Assembly: GCF_037042905.1 (NCBI RefSeq) | Contig: NC_087251.1 | Location: 5,148,001-5,212,000 of the forward strand | Reading direction: 5' to 3' | DNA: 64,000 bases | Source of the DNA: Lytechinus pictus | Taxonomy: Eukaryota | Part shown: positions 12,341 to 26,105 of the stretch, piece after piece | Position numbering within the stretch: the stretch's first letter is position 1 | Layout: the number at the start of each line of letters is the position of its first letter | Notes under the pieces: generated by a model | Seen by the model: the letters and a program-made list of their open reading frames with translations, nothing else | Databases searched by the model: none | What the model was told of the DNA's origin: nothing | Translations under genes and position numbers: made by a program

Positions 12341-12976
12341 ATAACAATCATTGAGACAACAAATAGTAAAATTACAGGAAACCCGCCTCCTTTGATGAAG
12401 AAAAAAAAGAGAAATTAAGAACTGCATAGTAATAATAATAATTAAAAAAATATAGTAATGATATTGAGATTCTTAGATTTTTATGTGCCCCCAACAGTTT
12501 TGCTAAAGAGGAATAAAAAAAAAATCAACTGTACCAAATGGATATAACAGATCATACAGACTATACTACTTGAGCATTATTCTGAAATATTAATTGAAAA
12601 AAAAGATTTGATTATATACTAAATCCTTACTGACATATAATTGAATCAAATTCCAATAAAGGAAACACAATTGTTGGATGCACATCATAGAATGAAATAT
12701 GCAAAGTACATGTAATTATATAGGTAATATGGCAAGCATATCAAATTACAGTAAAAGTGTAATGGCAAAAACTAATTTATTATAACTGTTCTGGAGGTAA
12801 TAAAGGTCCAACTAAATAGAGGAGAAAAGAGGGGGAAGGGATATATGCACTGTATATTGCAGCAGACAAAAATAATTCTTAAAGACATGTCATTGTAGGA
12901 ATCATAGCACAAATAATGAGGTGGTGAAAAGAAGGCAAATAATTTTTTTTTTTAATTTGAAAGAAAATGGAGGTAT

Positions 12977-14975
12977 TTATGAGTTGGACAAGAGTGCTCC
13001 CTTTAAAGAAGAAAGAAATGAAGAGAAGGAAGTTGAAACAGCATTATCTCTTACACTTAGAGGAAGAGTGTCCCAAAGTCTTGAAAGGCGCCTAGAGGGT
13101 GAAAAGAAAAAAGACTGAGTTCTGGAGGGCAGATGATGGAAAGAAAGTGTTTCAGGATGGCTGGGGTTGATATAGATATTTGCACTGAGCTGTTCACAGT
13201 TACAAATTCCACGAAGACACTTAATTGCAAAGGAACATAGGAGATAATCTCGTTGGGAGGCAAGTGAATACCAGTCGAGAAGTTTGAGCCTATCTTCGTA
13301 GGACATCTCACCACGACGCTGTTTTAGGGCAAGTCTAGTGGCTGTCCTCTGAACACGCTCAAGCTTATCTACCTGTTTTGAGGTTGTGGGATGCCATGCA
13401 GGCACACCATACTCTAAGATCGGTAATACTATTGACTTGTATAAGTAGAATATAGAGGATGCAGAAGCACCACGTGCGACCAGTCTTATGAATCCCAATA
13501 GATGATTAGCACGTGATACAACAGAGTCAATGTGGGTTTTCCAGGAGAGATCGGAAGAGAGGATCAGTCCCAGGTATCTGATGGAAGAATCAGAACTTAG
13601 AGCAGTATTCTTTAAGTAATAGGTAGGTGGGTTAACTTGTCTACTTCTTGTGATATGCATCACCTTTGTCTTTGAGGTATTAAAAGTCATTCCATTTATT
13701 TCACACCAAGAATTCAAAGCAACAAGATCTGATTGAAGTTGATGTTCATCTGCAGATGAATAGATGTTCCTAAAAATAAGAACATCATCTGCAAACAGAA
13801 CACAAGGAGATAGAGCATAATTAATGGGAGATATCATTGACAAACAAGTTAAAAAGTGTGGGGCCCAGGACGCTCCCTTGGGAACGCCGCTTGGGACATC
13901 AATCCACTCCGATGAAGAGCCTAAAAACAAAACTCGCTGAGATCTGTTGGAGAGAAAGGAGTGAATCCAGTTCCATAAACTACCTTGAATGTTAAATGAT
14001 TTGGCAAGTTTATACAAAAGCTGTGTGTGTGGCATTCTGTCGAATGCCTTCGACATATCCAAGAAGACTGCATCAATCCTGGGTGCATGGGTTTTGTCCA
14101 AGGTACAACTCCACTGGTGATAAACATTTGTCAATCGTGTTACACAGCTCTTACCAGAGACAAAACCATGCTGCCCAGGGTTGAGAAGTCCATTTGCATA
14201 AATATGTCCCTGGATGTTCTTAACAATGAAACCCTCTAGGAGTTTACAAAGAACTGAGGTTAGAGCAACAGGACGATAGTTCGTGACAAGTGATTTGTCC
14301 CCACCCTTGAAAACGGGTGTAATATGTGCCCGTTTCCAGGACAATGGAACTTTGCCACAACCTAAAGATGTATTGAAAAGAATAGAAATAGGAAGTGAAA
14401 TTTCTTCTGCAACTTCAAGAAGTATACTGGGAAGAATGCCGTCAGGTCCAGGAGACTTATTTCTCTGCAGACGAAGAAGAGCCAAGTGAACCTGTGAAGG
14501 AGATACAGAGAAATGTGAAAGAATAGGAATGTGCAAATTACAAGTAGGGGGATCATCAGGTAGAGTACATTGATGACTGAATACAGAACTAAAATAAGAA
14601 CTGAAAGCATCTGCAATATCTCCAGGATTTGAAATATCTACATCATTAAACCTAAACTTAGGAGGAGGAGACGAGTTTTTGCGAGTTCTTATAAAAGCCC
14701 AAAACCTACGTCTATTGTCATCACAGGCAAACAATGTATTAACATATGTCCAATACGCTTTTCTACTGTCCTTCTTCACATTATTTCTGACAGCTTTATA
14801 ATTTGACCAGTCTACATGATTATGAGTTCTAGCAAGTCTAAACAGAGAATGTTTTTCATTAATCAGAGACCTGATTTCGGGTGTGATCCAAGGAGAGAGG
14901 CGATTCTTCCGTTTGTGCACCTGTGGGATAGTTTCCTTAATGGCAGCATCGAGAAAGTCTGTAAAGATTTGTGAC
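12977..14975 (-). pseudogene. 5'-truncated CR1/L2-group LINE ORF2 (RT domain and C-terminus; no endonuclease)
   Basis: SPWIT, KSPGPDGI, ITPVFKGGDK..NYRPVALTS, QHGF..GKSC, FLDMSKAFD, LFADD, YLGL; the PQGSVLGP motif is out of frame between two compensating indels. Confidence 0.92.
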
Positions 14976-15520
14976 ATCATAAAGTCTGAGCCAAATCTGC
15001 GCAGCATGGTTGACTGCACATATGTACATTTGTTATCTACATGCTAGCCAGACTTAAGCCAGGTAGAAGGCTGACTTAATTTTGTATTTGATAATATTTA
15101 ATAATTACCGAAATGGCAATTGAATATAAAAAAATTAAGTAACTATATTACTTAAGCAAATACTGAGTAATATGCTTAGAATTGAATACTGGCCCACTAT
15201 AGGTGCTTCATAAAGCTGTTGGTAAGTTACAAATGATTTTAGGCATGACTGATGACCCTTTCTTTGCTAAATGATATATACCTATGTAGCTGACTTAGCA
15301 CCTAAGAAAATGTTTCAGTCGTTTGTAAAGTCATGTCACACCTATACCCTTACAACAAGTTGATATGAATATAGAAAATTAAACCAGCACATTGCTAACA
15401 ATTAAGAAACTTAGAAGTCTACTTCCAGCTCAGATGAACAGTTGAATGTGTTTTGTACCAGTCCTTCGTTTATAAGCCCTTTAAATTCCCCCTCCTATAA
15501 CTTAAGTTTAATTCTATATA

Positions 15521-15860
15521 AGGGACCGTTCACACACAGCGAAAATATCACAAGAAATCACAAGGAAGAAATGATTGAAACTTGCAAGACCAGAGATTGA
15601 CCTCAGTAGGTACAAAGAGATGTATACACGCATGCATAATGGGATAGGTTTCCTTTTTTATTTGCAAGAGGATTCATACACACAGCGCTCAATAAATTAT
15701 GGTAATGGCTCTAAAGAATCACAAGAAATCTGTAAATTGGATTATGATTTCAACAATTCTTTAATTATTTCTGTCCACACATGCTCCCTCCAATTTTTTT
15801 TTTTTACATTGCAAAAACTGATTTGCGAATTTCAGTTTTTTTTATTTGTGTGTGAACACT
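15521..15860. mobile_element. Degraded MITE (PIF/Harbinger-like end)
   Basis: GGGACCGTTCACACAC at ~15522 and GTGTGTGAAC at ~15848; internal ATCACAAGAAAT repeats. Confidence 0.4.
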
Positions 15861-17639
15861 ACTGTGAAGTGATGATCTGTGATATTTTTCTGGGTTGAAT
15901 CTGAGTGTGTTTAAAACAGAATCATAACTTGGCTCAAATTGAGATTATACAGTACAATTGTTTCATTCAATTCATTGCCACTTATAGATGATTGCCATGT
16001 ACTCCACCACAGGAAGATCTTGGAGATTTCAAACCTTGATTGGCTTAAAAAGACTAGGTCATGAGTGTCTACGTGAATGTGAATCATGTACCCTTTACCT
16101 GAAAGCATTGTCATCTGTAGGTGACAGAGAGTTCATCACTAAGTACTGTATTTTAATTTGGAAAAAAAAAATGACTTAAAGGAAAATAACAAGGTAAAAA
16201 TAGGAACCAATGTAGAAAATCCGAACTGTAAGTTCACTCATGGAGGTAGAAAGGAATGGTTCAACTCACACTTTTTCAAATGAAGATGTTTTGATTAGTA
16301 AATTAAATTGTCTCAACTCAATGAATGAATAAATTTTATTTTATATTGAAGAGTTCTGTAGCAAGGTTATGATTTAATTTTTCATCATTCATAAACAAAA
16401 TTACATTACATGATACAGAAATCATGTTGAAAAATGATATACACCAGTGCACCTGCTTAACACACTGCGGAAAGAAAGAGAAAGGGGTGGGGGATTTATT
16501 TATATCTTCTGTGGATTGGTGAAGAATGGTAGGGTTAGAGAAGCTATAATCCCCATTTAAAATCCTAACTAAAATTGTAATAAACAGTTTGTTTTGTCTT
16601 AAAAATTTCTCTCAATATGACTTTTGACTATGATGCCAGATTAGTTGATAATGTTTGTAAGAGTCATGCAAATTATTATGCTTGTGTAATCCTCTGCTTA
16701 AGGTAACAAGGTATTGTCACTCCAAGCATATGGTGTAAAATTTAAGTTGCTTTTATCTACTGTATTTCATAAGAGCATCACTTTCTAATTTGATATTATA
16801 CTGAGTGAGTCATATAAAGTGATAAAGTGAAGTGAGCACCTTTTTAAATACGGCAAGGGCCATGGATTTTTGGTGAGTGCAAAACAAATTAGTTATTGTT
16901 ATACTTTCAATTATTTAGTCATGGTATCAGGAATTATGACCTTGAATTATAGACTATCATTGTTATTATGTGAATGATTTAACTATTGCAGCATCTGAAC
17001 CCAATGGACTTCTGCTCATATACAACCCTGAACTCGTTTTTGGAAAATACCTCTAAGAAGCTACCATAACTACATGATAAGATGCCAAAAGCGAAAGATT
17101 AAAGTTAACCCAACAGAAAAATTGTAATTTCTGTATTTATTTTTTACCCCCCCCCCACCCCTTTGTCTTTCTGACCCTCAAAAAAGAACCTACTCCATTT
17201 TTGGTAAATATGATTCTGAGAATGGTACTTGCTTGTCTCAGTCACTCACAAATAGTTCAGCAGGAAAGTGAAGAATGCATGCTTGAGAAGTTTTCCTGGG
17301 AATAGGTTAGCGCGAAAGGATCATTAATGTAATAAATATGGATCACAATATAATTACAAAATAATCTCATTGAATGAAAACAAAAATATGATTAAGTTTG
17401 TCTTTCACTTGCTTGATTAGCTTGCCCATCTTTGTTTTGTTTTCTTTTAATTAGCAATACTATGTAATGTGCAGATTGGGCATGTCTCATTGATTTTTTA
17501 ATGTTTATTTATGCCTTTAAAGGCATGATTTTTGTTTGATGTAGTAAAAGTTATATTTCTGGATAGGGATTGGAGGAAAAAAAAATTTATGCAGACTTTC
17601 GTTTGACTGATTAGCCTGTCTGTCTTCACTCTTCAGTGA

Positions 17640-17740
17640 ACAATGTATTTTATGATAGTAGTTTCAGTAGTTCATAGTTATACATATTTCCATTTCAATC
17701 GTGTAATGCAGGTGAGATTCTGAGAGTCGTTCCACTTGTT
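17640..17740 (+). mobile_element. 3' fragment of the same HINE-like family as 116-3045
   Basis: AATCGTGTAATGCAGGTGAGA..GTTCCACTTGTT matches 3002-3045. Confidence 0.7.
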
Positions 17741-20700
17741 TATTAAGTAACAGAGTTTTCATGTAAAAAAAATGATTCTTTTGATATTGATAACCATGCC
17801 CTCTGGCCACTTTTTTCAACCAAAATGTGGTGTGTGTAATTCAACTACATTTCAGTTTTTGTCAATTTTACCCATTAATATTGGACATTAGATTGCATAT
17901 TTTATGTGTTTTTATAATATACTCTTTCAATATGCCTGAATATCAAACATTAAAAATAAATAATCTTAAGATTTATTTTAACCAAGACTTGATACAGGCT
18001 TTAAGAGATAGTTTCAAGAAAGACTGAATAGGCATGATTTTCATATGTCATGAAGTCAACAGATACACAAGTAATATCAATGCTGATGCTTTTCTTTTCA
18101 AAATCTTAAAATAAGAATGAAACTGAGAGTTAATTCAGTTAAAACTTACAGGAAATAGATGCCATTGAAAGCACAAGGGTTGATCCTATATATTTGATAT
18201 AATTAGAAAGTATTGTAATCTGAGAGCTCCAATTTAGTTCTTGAATTCCATGTAACTCGGTCATTATAATAAATATTAGATGATTTCCTTATTCTTGTTG
18301 CTATACACAGATGACTAATAATGGATTAAATATGAATATTTGTTCATGGATTTCACTTATAGTTTAATCAATATAATAGAAAATCAACTTTTTTTTACTT
18401 CAGAAATTATATTGCTAGAAATCGGTAACCCGTTGTTACTTTTAAGACTTATTGTACAGGTGTATATTTGAGGTAGACATTCAACTTAAAACAGTACAAT
18501 GTAATAAAAAGATGTCAGGTTATTCAAAGCAGACTTGGAGGGTGTGGTGATTTGTAATAGAATAACTTCCTATTGTTGTAGCGTGGAGCCGGTCCTATTA
18601 AATGATTTTAAGTGAAGCCAATAAGGTAATATTGAAAGTGTTTATCAGGCAGGAAAATCGTCATGGGCAGTGTTGTGTAAAACAATTTAGGACTGGGGAA
18701 AAGCAATTAGAGTAAAACTACACTCTTGATTGTACGTACGTCATGATGCCTTAGTGACTGCATGGGCAGTGGGAGCAAACAGGACCTACTGTAATAGTTT
18801 TAATCATTGATTGTATTTAGAGTGGTGTCGTCCAGATGGAATGGAATCCCAATTGTCTGCTTTAGTTGTAGCTAGACTAAGTACTTTTACTTCATCAGGA
18901 AATGAAGCACATCTAGCACTTTGAACTTGGTAACTCTCGCTTGAATCTTCCCTAAGGAGTGAAGATGGTACATATATTTTTCTCTTTTTTTTGGGGGGGG
19001 GGGCAATTGACTTTTTCCTTGGGAGTGGGCAAGATGGGTTTGTTTAGATTTGAAACAAGATTTCATGTTTTGATGTTTTCAACCTAATTTTGTCATATTT
19101 ATGAATTCACCTTCTGCTGATGAGGATAATTTTGAAGACACTTGAAATGAACATATGTTGTGTAAGACCATATGATGTACATTCATCAATTTTTCCTACT
19201 GGTACCATATGCATCATGCATTGTACTGTATTGTATTGTATTGTATTCATTTAATCATATTAAAACTAATATTCAGTCTAACAAACTGCTTTATCACAAA
19301 CCCGTGAAATTAACAAAAAGGTAAAAATGACACATTACAAAAATATTTAAAAAGTATTGCACGTAACACATAAAATGAAACATGCATTTAAATTTGTATG
19401 TTTTACTTTGATATTACAATATGTGACTTTCATATTGGCATTACAATGTGTCTGTCTATCAAGTATCATTATTTTTTAATCTGAAAATTATAAACTAAGG
19501 TTTTAAAGGGATGGATTAACTTCATTGAAAGTAAAAAAAGAAGCTTTTTCTTAATGGTGGCATGCTCTAATTCTAACATGAATATCTTGATGCAATAACA
19601 ATTAACATCAGTTGGTTTGTAAAGCTCTGGCAGCTTATATTTAACCTAAAATCTTGCTAACAGTAGCTGAAAGTTACTGCATTTAAGATACCCCTTGAAC
19701 TGAATCGTCCTCTCACTTTAAAATAAAATATGAGAATGAGCATTCTTAAAAAAGGACAGAAATTGTATGTTGTCATGGTGGATTAATTAGTGTTCCACCT
19801 ATATGTACCGGTTATTTAATCACACTTCCTGATGACATCCCAGGGAAAATCCCTTTTTAGTGTCCTTCATGTGTCCATCTGTTAGGTCAGTCTGTCAGGA
19901 TACAAAAGTGACATATTAGGCCTCCCTGGATCGTGCTCTTGTTGCAACAGTAGCCTTGTCAGTTATCTAGTTGCGCATGTACATACACGTGCCTTCTGCC
20001 ATTTTAATCGCTAGTAGTGTCTGCCGAGATTTCTCTCTGCGATGCTGATCCATTTTCTCCTTTTTACTTCTGTCTCTTTTCTAATTTTAGCATCATCATT
20101 ATAACAAAGGTTATAATTGGAACTGGCAATAGGATTTTGCTATATATATATATATATATTCAGAATATGCTTAATTATAAAAGCACAAATTGAAAATGAT
20201 ATGGCATTCTTTAATATAATTGTATTTCACACTTTAATGAAAAAATGCTCTTTTTTTTCTTCTACACTTTTAGAATTCTACACTTTGTTGTTGTTAGATT
20301 TCCATGTTGAATTATGGACAGCTGTCATATATGGCAGAGTATAAAAATGGCAATATTATAATGTTATAAAGATGTTAATTCTAGATAATATAATTGTTCA
20401 ATATTTTGTTGAAAACACATATTGTGCAATATATTACACATTCCTTATAAAATAAGACATTTTCTACATTAAAATCTATCTCTCTTTTATTAATGGTGTT
20501 TTGTTTAAATTCCTTTTGGGGTTCGATTTTTAATTTCTCAGAGGACCTACTCACCAATGTAGGATATTTGTTGGTCAATTTCATGCAATACTCTTGTGAT
20601 TAAGAATCAGAGAAGACTATGCCTGAGGATTAAAATGACACAAGATACTATTGTTTTGAACGTGCTTATCTCAATACAATCCTGAATTTGGATGAAGGAG

Positions 20701-22074
20701 GGTTCAGGTTACCCCCTAAGTGCTGCTTTTCTTCTCCTCACCCCTTCAAACCGGTTAATAACATTGTTAAATTCTATGTAATATGAGATTTGTATTACAA
20801 AAAAAAAATGTATTAGAGTAGGTTCATAGCCCAAGATGTTTTTATTAGCCAGATTTTGATTTCTGTTGTCTTTCTCATTACTACATGTATTCACTCTTTG
20901 ACAGACAGAGCAAGAAATAAGTAACTAGTAAAGATTAGGGGAATCTACAGATATCTGGAAGGGGTATTTAATTCTATCATTTAAAAATATATTTGTCATA
21001 TGGGACATTGCTAGATATATGCAATCAATTTCAAGTAACCTTTATGTCCCAATATCAATTGTAAATTTTGCAATGAATTTTAAACTTTTAATTGGTTGGA
21101 CTGTTCTTTAACTGAAAGTACAGATCGACTTGCTATAGCGAAGAGAGTTGATTGAAAATTCCACCAGATTGCAAGTTTCTTGCTACATAGAACACCATTA
21201 AACTATTATATTCATGAGTGTCATATCATGGCATATTAAAAAAAAAAAGAATGTCTTGATCAAGCCGATGATCTCCAAGAGCTTGTTAGCCAGTTATGAT
21301 ATAGGATGCTTCAATATGTTTAAACTGACTAGATTTTGATGAAATAAATACATATAATCTATAGAAATGCTTATCAACAATTCAATTATCACACCAAGTT
21401 TATGATTATCTCTTTGTGTAAATTGCCTGCCATTTTTTCCACTTAGGTGCATTCAACATCCCTCTTATTCTTTTCTTGAATTACAAATTGCTTTGTAAAT
21501 ATATATATTACAATATCAGCCTTTTTGCCACATTTGTTCTCCCACCCAAGATCATTATTGTGTGTTTGGACTGAAGATGACCCACTTTGATGAATAATTT
21601 GTTCTACTATAGAAACACAGCAGATTGTCAATCGATGCATGTATAACAACACATTAGGCCCATTTCTCTTGATGATACTGGTCTGTAAGCATCTTTATTG
21701 CCTATTGTGTGCAAATTCATATCTTTACAATACAGTGATACTTAACGAATTCAAAGGAAACATATTTTTGTGATCATATAAAATGAGTGTATATGAAGAG
21801 ATGGGTGATGGTTGAGGCCATGACAGTCATTTGAATTATCATTTCTTTCAATTATTATTCTTTCTTACACATAATGATAATAATAATGATTATGAATCTA
21901 TAAGGATTATAATATTCATAATACTACTAATAATAGTAATGAATAATGATAAAATGATGCCTATATGAGTTTGTTATATAGCGATGCAATGCACTTGAGG
22001 GTATTTGCAATAAGCAAAATCATAGGTGCTTTTGTATGTTATTTGAGATGACTGTATATCACCTAAAACATCAT

Positions 22075-22385
22075 GGCCCGTATTCTGAAGTCGGGTTTAA
22101 ATTAAACCCTGGTTTAAAGTTGTGGTTAAACTATGGATAGCCATTTGGGGCACAAATTCCTAACAGTACATATTCAGTTTATTACCTCATATGACAACCA
22201 AATTGTTCATCATTGTTTAGGAATGATAACTGAAGTATTTTTCTTCATTATGAAAGCAAAAGGGAACAAAAAAGTAAACTTAAGAAATATACAATATAAA
22301 CAGAAATCTTGAACTTTTGGCTCCCCATAATTTTAGCACAGAGTTAGACCGTGGTTAAGTTAAACCTGACTTCAGAATACGGGCC
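22075..22385. mobile_element. PIF/Harbinger-like MITE
   Basis: ~26-bp TIRs GGCCCGTATTCTGAAGTCGGGTTTAA / TTAAACCTGACTTCAGAATACGGGCC; 3-bp TSD CAT. Confidence 0.9.
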
Positions 22386-25300
22386 CATGAATTTAAAATT
22401 GCATTATTTGTTTTATAAAATGCATCAGCAGTATGAATTGTAGTGAAAAGGTTGTTTGACCTCCTACAAATTTTTGAGGATCACACTGTTCACACAGATG
22501 AAGAGGTCACACCTGCTTTCTATTATGACGTCACAGGGGTTTCTAGTATGAGCGCCTAAAGCGCCCATGCCTTTTCTTTGAAAGAATGCATATTTCAGAT
22601 GCCATCTCAGTTTTTATGCTTCATGGGGAAAATGGTGCATCCAAAACACACAGTGCTGCACAAAAATTGCACGGCTGGGTTGTTGTAAAGAATTAATGCA
22701 TGAACATGAAACTTGGATACGCACTAACTATTGGCTACAGCCTAACTTTGAACTTGTGTCATTGAAATTATTTATTTATTTCATTTTCACATTTATCTTT
22801 TTACCTAAAATCATTTAGATTGAAGTCTGAAATATTTCACTGGCCACTCTTCAAAGTTTAAAGTTAGGTGTTCTTTCTCCTCAAGAACACTCGTCTTTGA
22901 AGTAATCTGGCAAGTGTACCTTTTGAGAGCAATTCGTGTTGTCTGCTATGTGGATCAATAATCCCAAACCTCAATTGTAAACAGAACATACTCACTGCCT
23001 ATGTTATATGCATTGCCCAGAATGTACATAGCTTTGTCACAATGATTATGGAAAATATGCATTTCAACAGTTATGCAAGAGGAAAAAAGATTGTATGAGT
23101 GTAACATCAAGACCTATCTCCATTCTTTTTCCTTAACCATAGCTTTAATATGTCTTCTCTTGAGTTTGTATTCCCTACAAATGTACAAGGGATTTGAATA
23201 GTTTATTTGCTAACTGAATATCATTAGGTGTTCTCAAGGGTGAAGTCAAGATTGATTATAGAAATTGAGCTGCAATAGCTTGTTGAAACTGGAATAATCA
23301 ATTCAATTACTGCTTTTTTAGCTTTTCAATTGAATTCTTTTTTATTCGGTTAGAACAGCACTTTCGTAACACTAAATTGAAAGTCTCTTTTCTTTTCTCC
23401 CTGAGAGAAATCCCTGCCTGTAACATCACAAATTCATCTTTTCCCTCAAAGTCCATTTATTTCTTTTATTTAACACCTCTAGATTACCAAGAATAAGTAC
23501 TGGTCTAAGATGTAGTCTCCTCCTTCTCACTTTACATCTTTCTCTGATCAATCATGCTAGCAGACTAGACAAGAAATATGTGCCCACCATCAAGTAAGTA
23601 TATGTTCTTAAATCCAATAGGAATACACACTTCTACAGAGTGCACTGTTTCATCCTTATTATTCATGACAAAGATACTGTATCAAGATTTCCTTGAAATT
23701 ATTTTTATATTGTAAAGTTGATCTAGTGGGATAAAATATTTTGAACTCTTTCCACTACAGGATGAAGATAATCTTTACTTTTATTGATTGAGCTTGCAAA
23801 ATGTGGTTTACGTAAATTTAAACCCTTTTTTTAAACAAAACAATGAGAATGCCAACATTGATTGATAGAGTCTGCCTTTGCAAAAACTACCACTATAGGG
23901 TTTTCATACAAGTCCTTAATGCATCATTTTGAAGTCGGATATCAAGCAATGGATGTTGGGCATCCTTATAAACTTTGTTTAGTTAAATGTTGCAAAATAA
24001 GAATATTCAAAAGATAAGTGCAGATAATCATTTGAATATTTTGTTTTCCATTGACATTGCTACATATACATGATGACAGAACCAAATAGTTATGATATTT
24101 CCTCATAGAGTTAAGATGGAGAAAACTTATTATGACTTTCCAAGCAAGCATGCTTTTTTTTGTACACAAGTGGTTGATAGGTAACTGAAAATGTCCCACT
24201 CGTTTCCATGCTCTAACATATTAAACACTACAGTACCTTCAGTTATGTTTATTGACAATTCCACTATTTTTAATTTTAACGTGAAGAAGCCATTCTGTTC
24301 TGTGAAAACAACCTTGGTTCCATCTAGAATGTTGCATTTTTCAAAATTATGGAGACAACTTACTCACTTGAATTTAACCTACTAATCCTTGTTTGATAAA
24401 AAATTATATAAGTGGAATAGTGCAAATGCAAATCTTTTATTTGAATGTGTGTAAGATGTTAACATCTTCATAAGATAGCAAGTCACATGATTGACCTTTT
24501 TCATATTAATCTTAAATTATGACTCATATAATACAGCTCTTCTTGTTGTCTTATTAAGATAAAAACTCATATATGTCTGGCTCTGTTAGGAGTTCACACT
24601 GATCCTGAATCTTTACCAAATGCACATCTTCTACTTGCACAAGTCTATATTAGATGCTGAAATCTTGACAAGATAAAGGCTCATCACTCATGTGATGATC
24701 TTTACTGATAATAAATTATAAATCATTTCATTGCACAACTGTAACCTTGATTCATTAATGTAAACATCTTAAAAGATAAAGAGCCACATTATTCATGCAT
24801 AATTCCGATAGTATGATGTTGTACAAATGTATTTAATATGTTAACATCTTCATAAGATAAATAATTGTGTGAATGACTTTATTCAAACCAATATCAGCAA
24901 AGTTTCATCATGTTGAATTTACTGTGCCTTTTCCTCCTACTAACACAATAAAAAAAATCATAGAATATGCATTGTTCACAACATTTCTAAATCATAGTGA
25001 AGTCACATTTTCCTAATATATTTATTTTTTATCATATTTTGTCAAGTTTCTTTGTAAATTTGCTTCATTTCGGTCATCATAGTGTTTTATATTGCAATAA
25101 AGTCTATATTTTTTAAGCTTGTGACTTTAAGTGCTAAATCATAGTTTTGTATATAAATATATTCTCTTTGTATTCTCACATAGTACATGAATGTAAGATG
25201 TCAATATCTTCATAAGATAATTATTAATTCACACCTGTCCTAAAGTCATGGTATTCCATGGTCAAGTCATCAATGAAATTCCTCGGCTTGACCACTCGGC

Positions 25301-25974
25301 CACAAGTCAAGATGAAGTCACATTATTTTCCTAACATATTTATTTTTCATATTTTGTCAAGTTACTTTGTAAATTTGCTTCAATTAAAAAATGACCATCA
25401 TTTATACTTTTCTTAGTTTCACTTCACATTGTTTCCCGTGTACCATAATTGTAAAATTCGAGCTTTGGAAATGTTAAAATGTATTTCATAATGGTTAGAT
25501 ACATTTGATTGACATGCATTAGACACCCAATATGTGTCTGATGTTAATTGCATAGAGTCTGCCATTGGCTTCAGACATGCTATATTTCACACATCGGGAT
25601 AAATGAACTGTGTTAATTAAACAGTATGCTGTGATATCTTTTCATGCATGGTATGGCATCGTATGTATTGTTTCATTTGACGTCATCTATAATTTAGTGA
25701 GGAAAGTAATGGTGGATGGGGCTCTTTGAAAGCATATTGCTCTTTATACCACTTTTTCTTCACGTTGATGTATCTTTCTCATTTTTTTGTGACCTACATG
25801 TACACTCTTTCTTACTCTCATTATACCTCTGTCTGTGTTTGTCTATTTTTTGATCTCTCCCTCTCTCTCTCTCCCTCTCTTGACTTATGCAAACAGTTGA
25901 TGAAAATGAAAATCTATATTTTATTATTCGAAATAGAAATCTGAAATAGAAATACTAATTTTGCCCAATTGATT

Positions 25975-26105
25975 ATGGGCCCAGCAGCCACTGTGCAGCG
26001 CCAGATCGACGTTGCTCTATACCTTCAATTGTCAAACACCTAACAGGGTAGCAGCAACTCGTCGCAAGTCTTTTGGGAATGACGTGGCTGTGGCTTGAAC
26101 TCCCA
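25975..26105 (-). mobile_element. SINE relic
   Basis: Minus-strand GAGTTCAAGCC B-box-like motif followed by GTCATTCCCAAAAGAC, similar to the SINE at ~3965-4060. Confidence 0.4.

Noticed and set aside
12977..15019. Active LINE or domesticated 680-aa RT gene
   Set aside because: Endonuclease missing, no ATG at the annotated start, and a core RT motif is frameshifted
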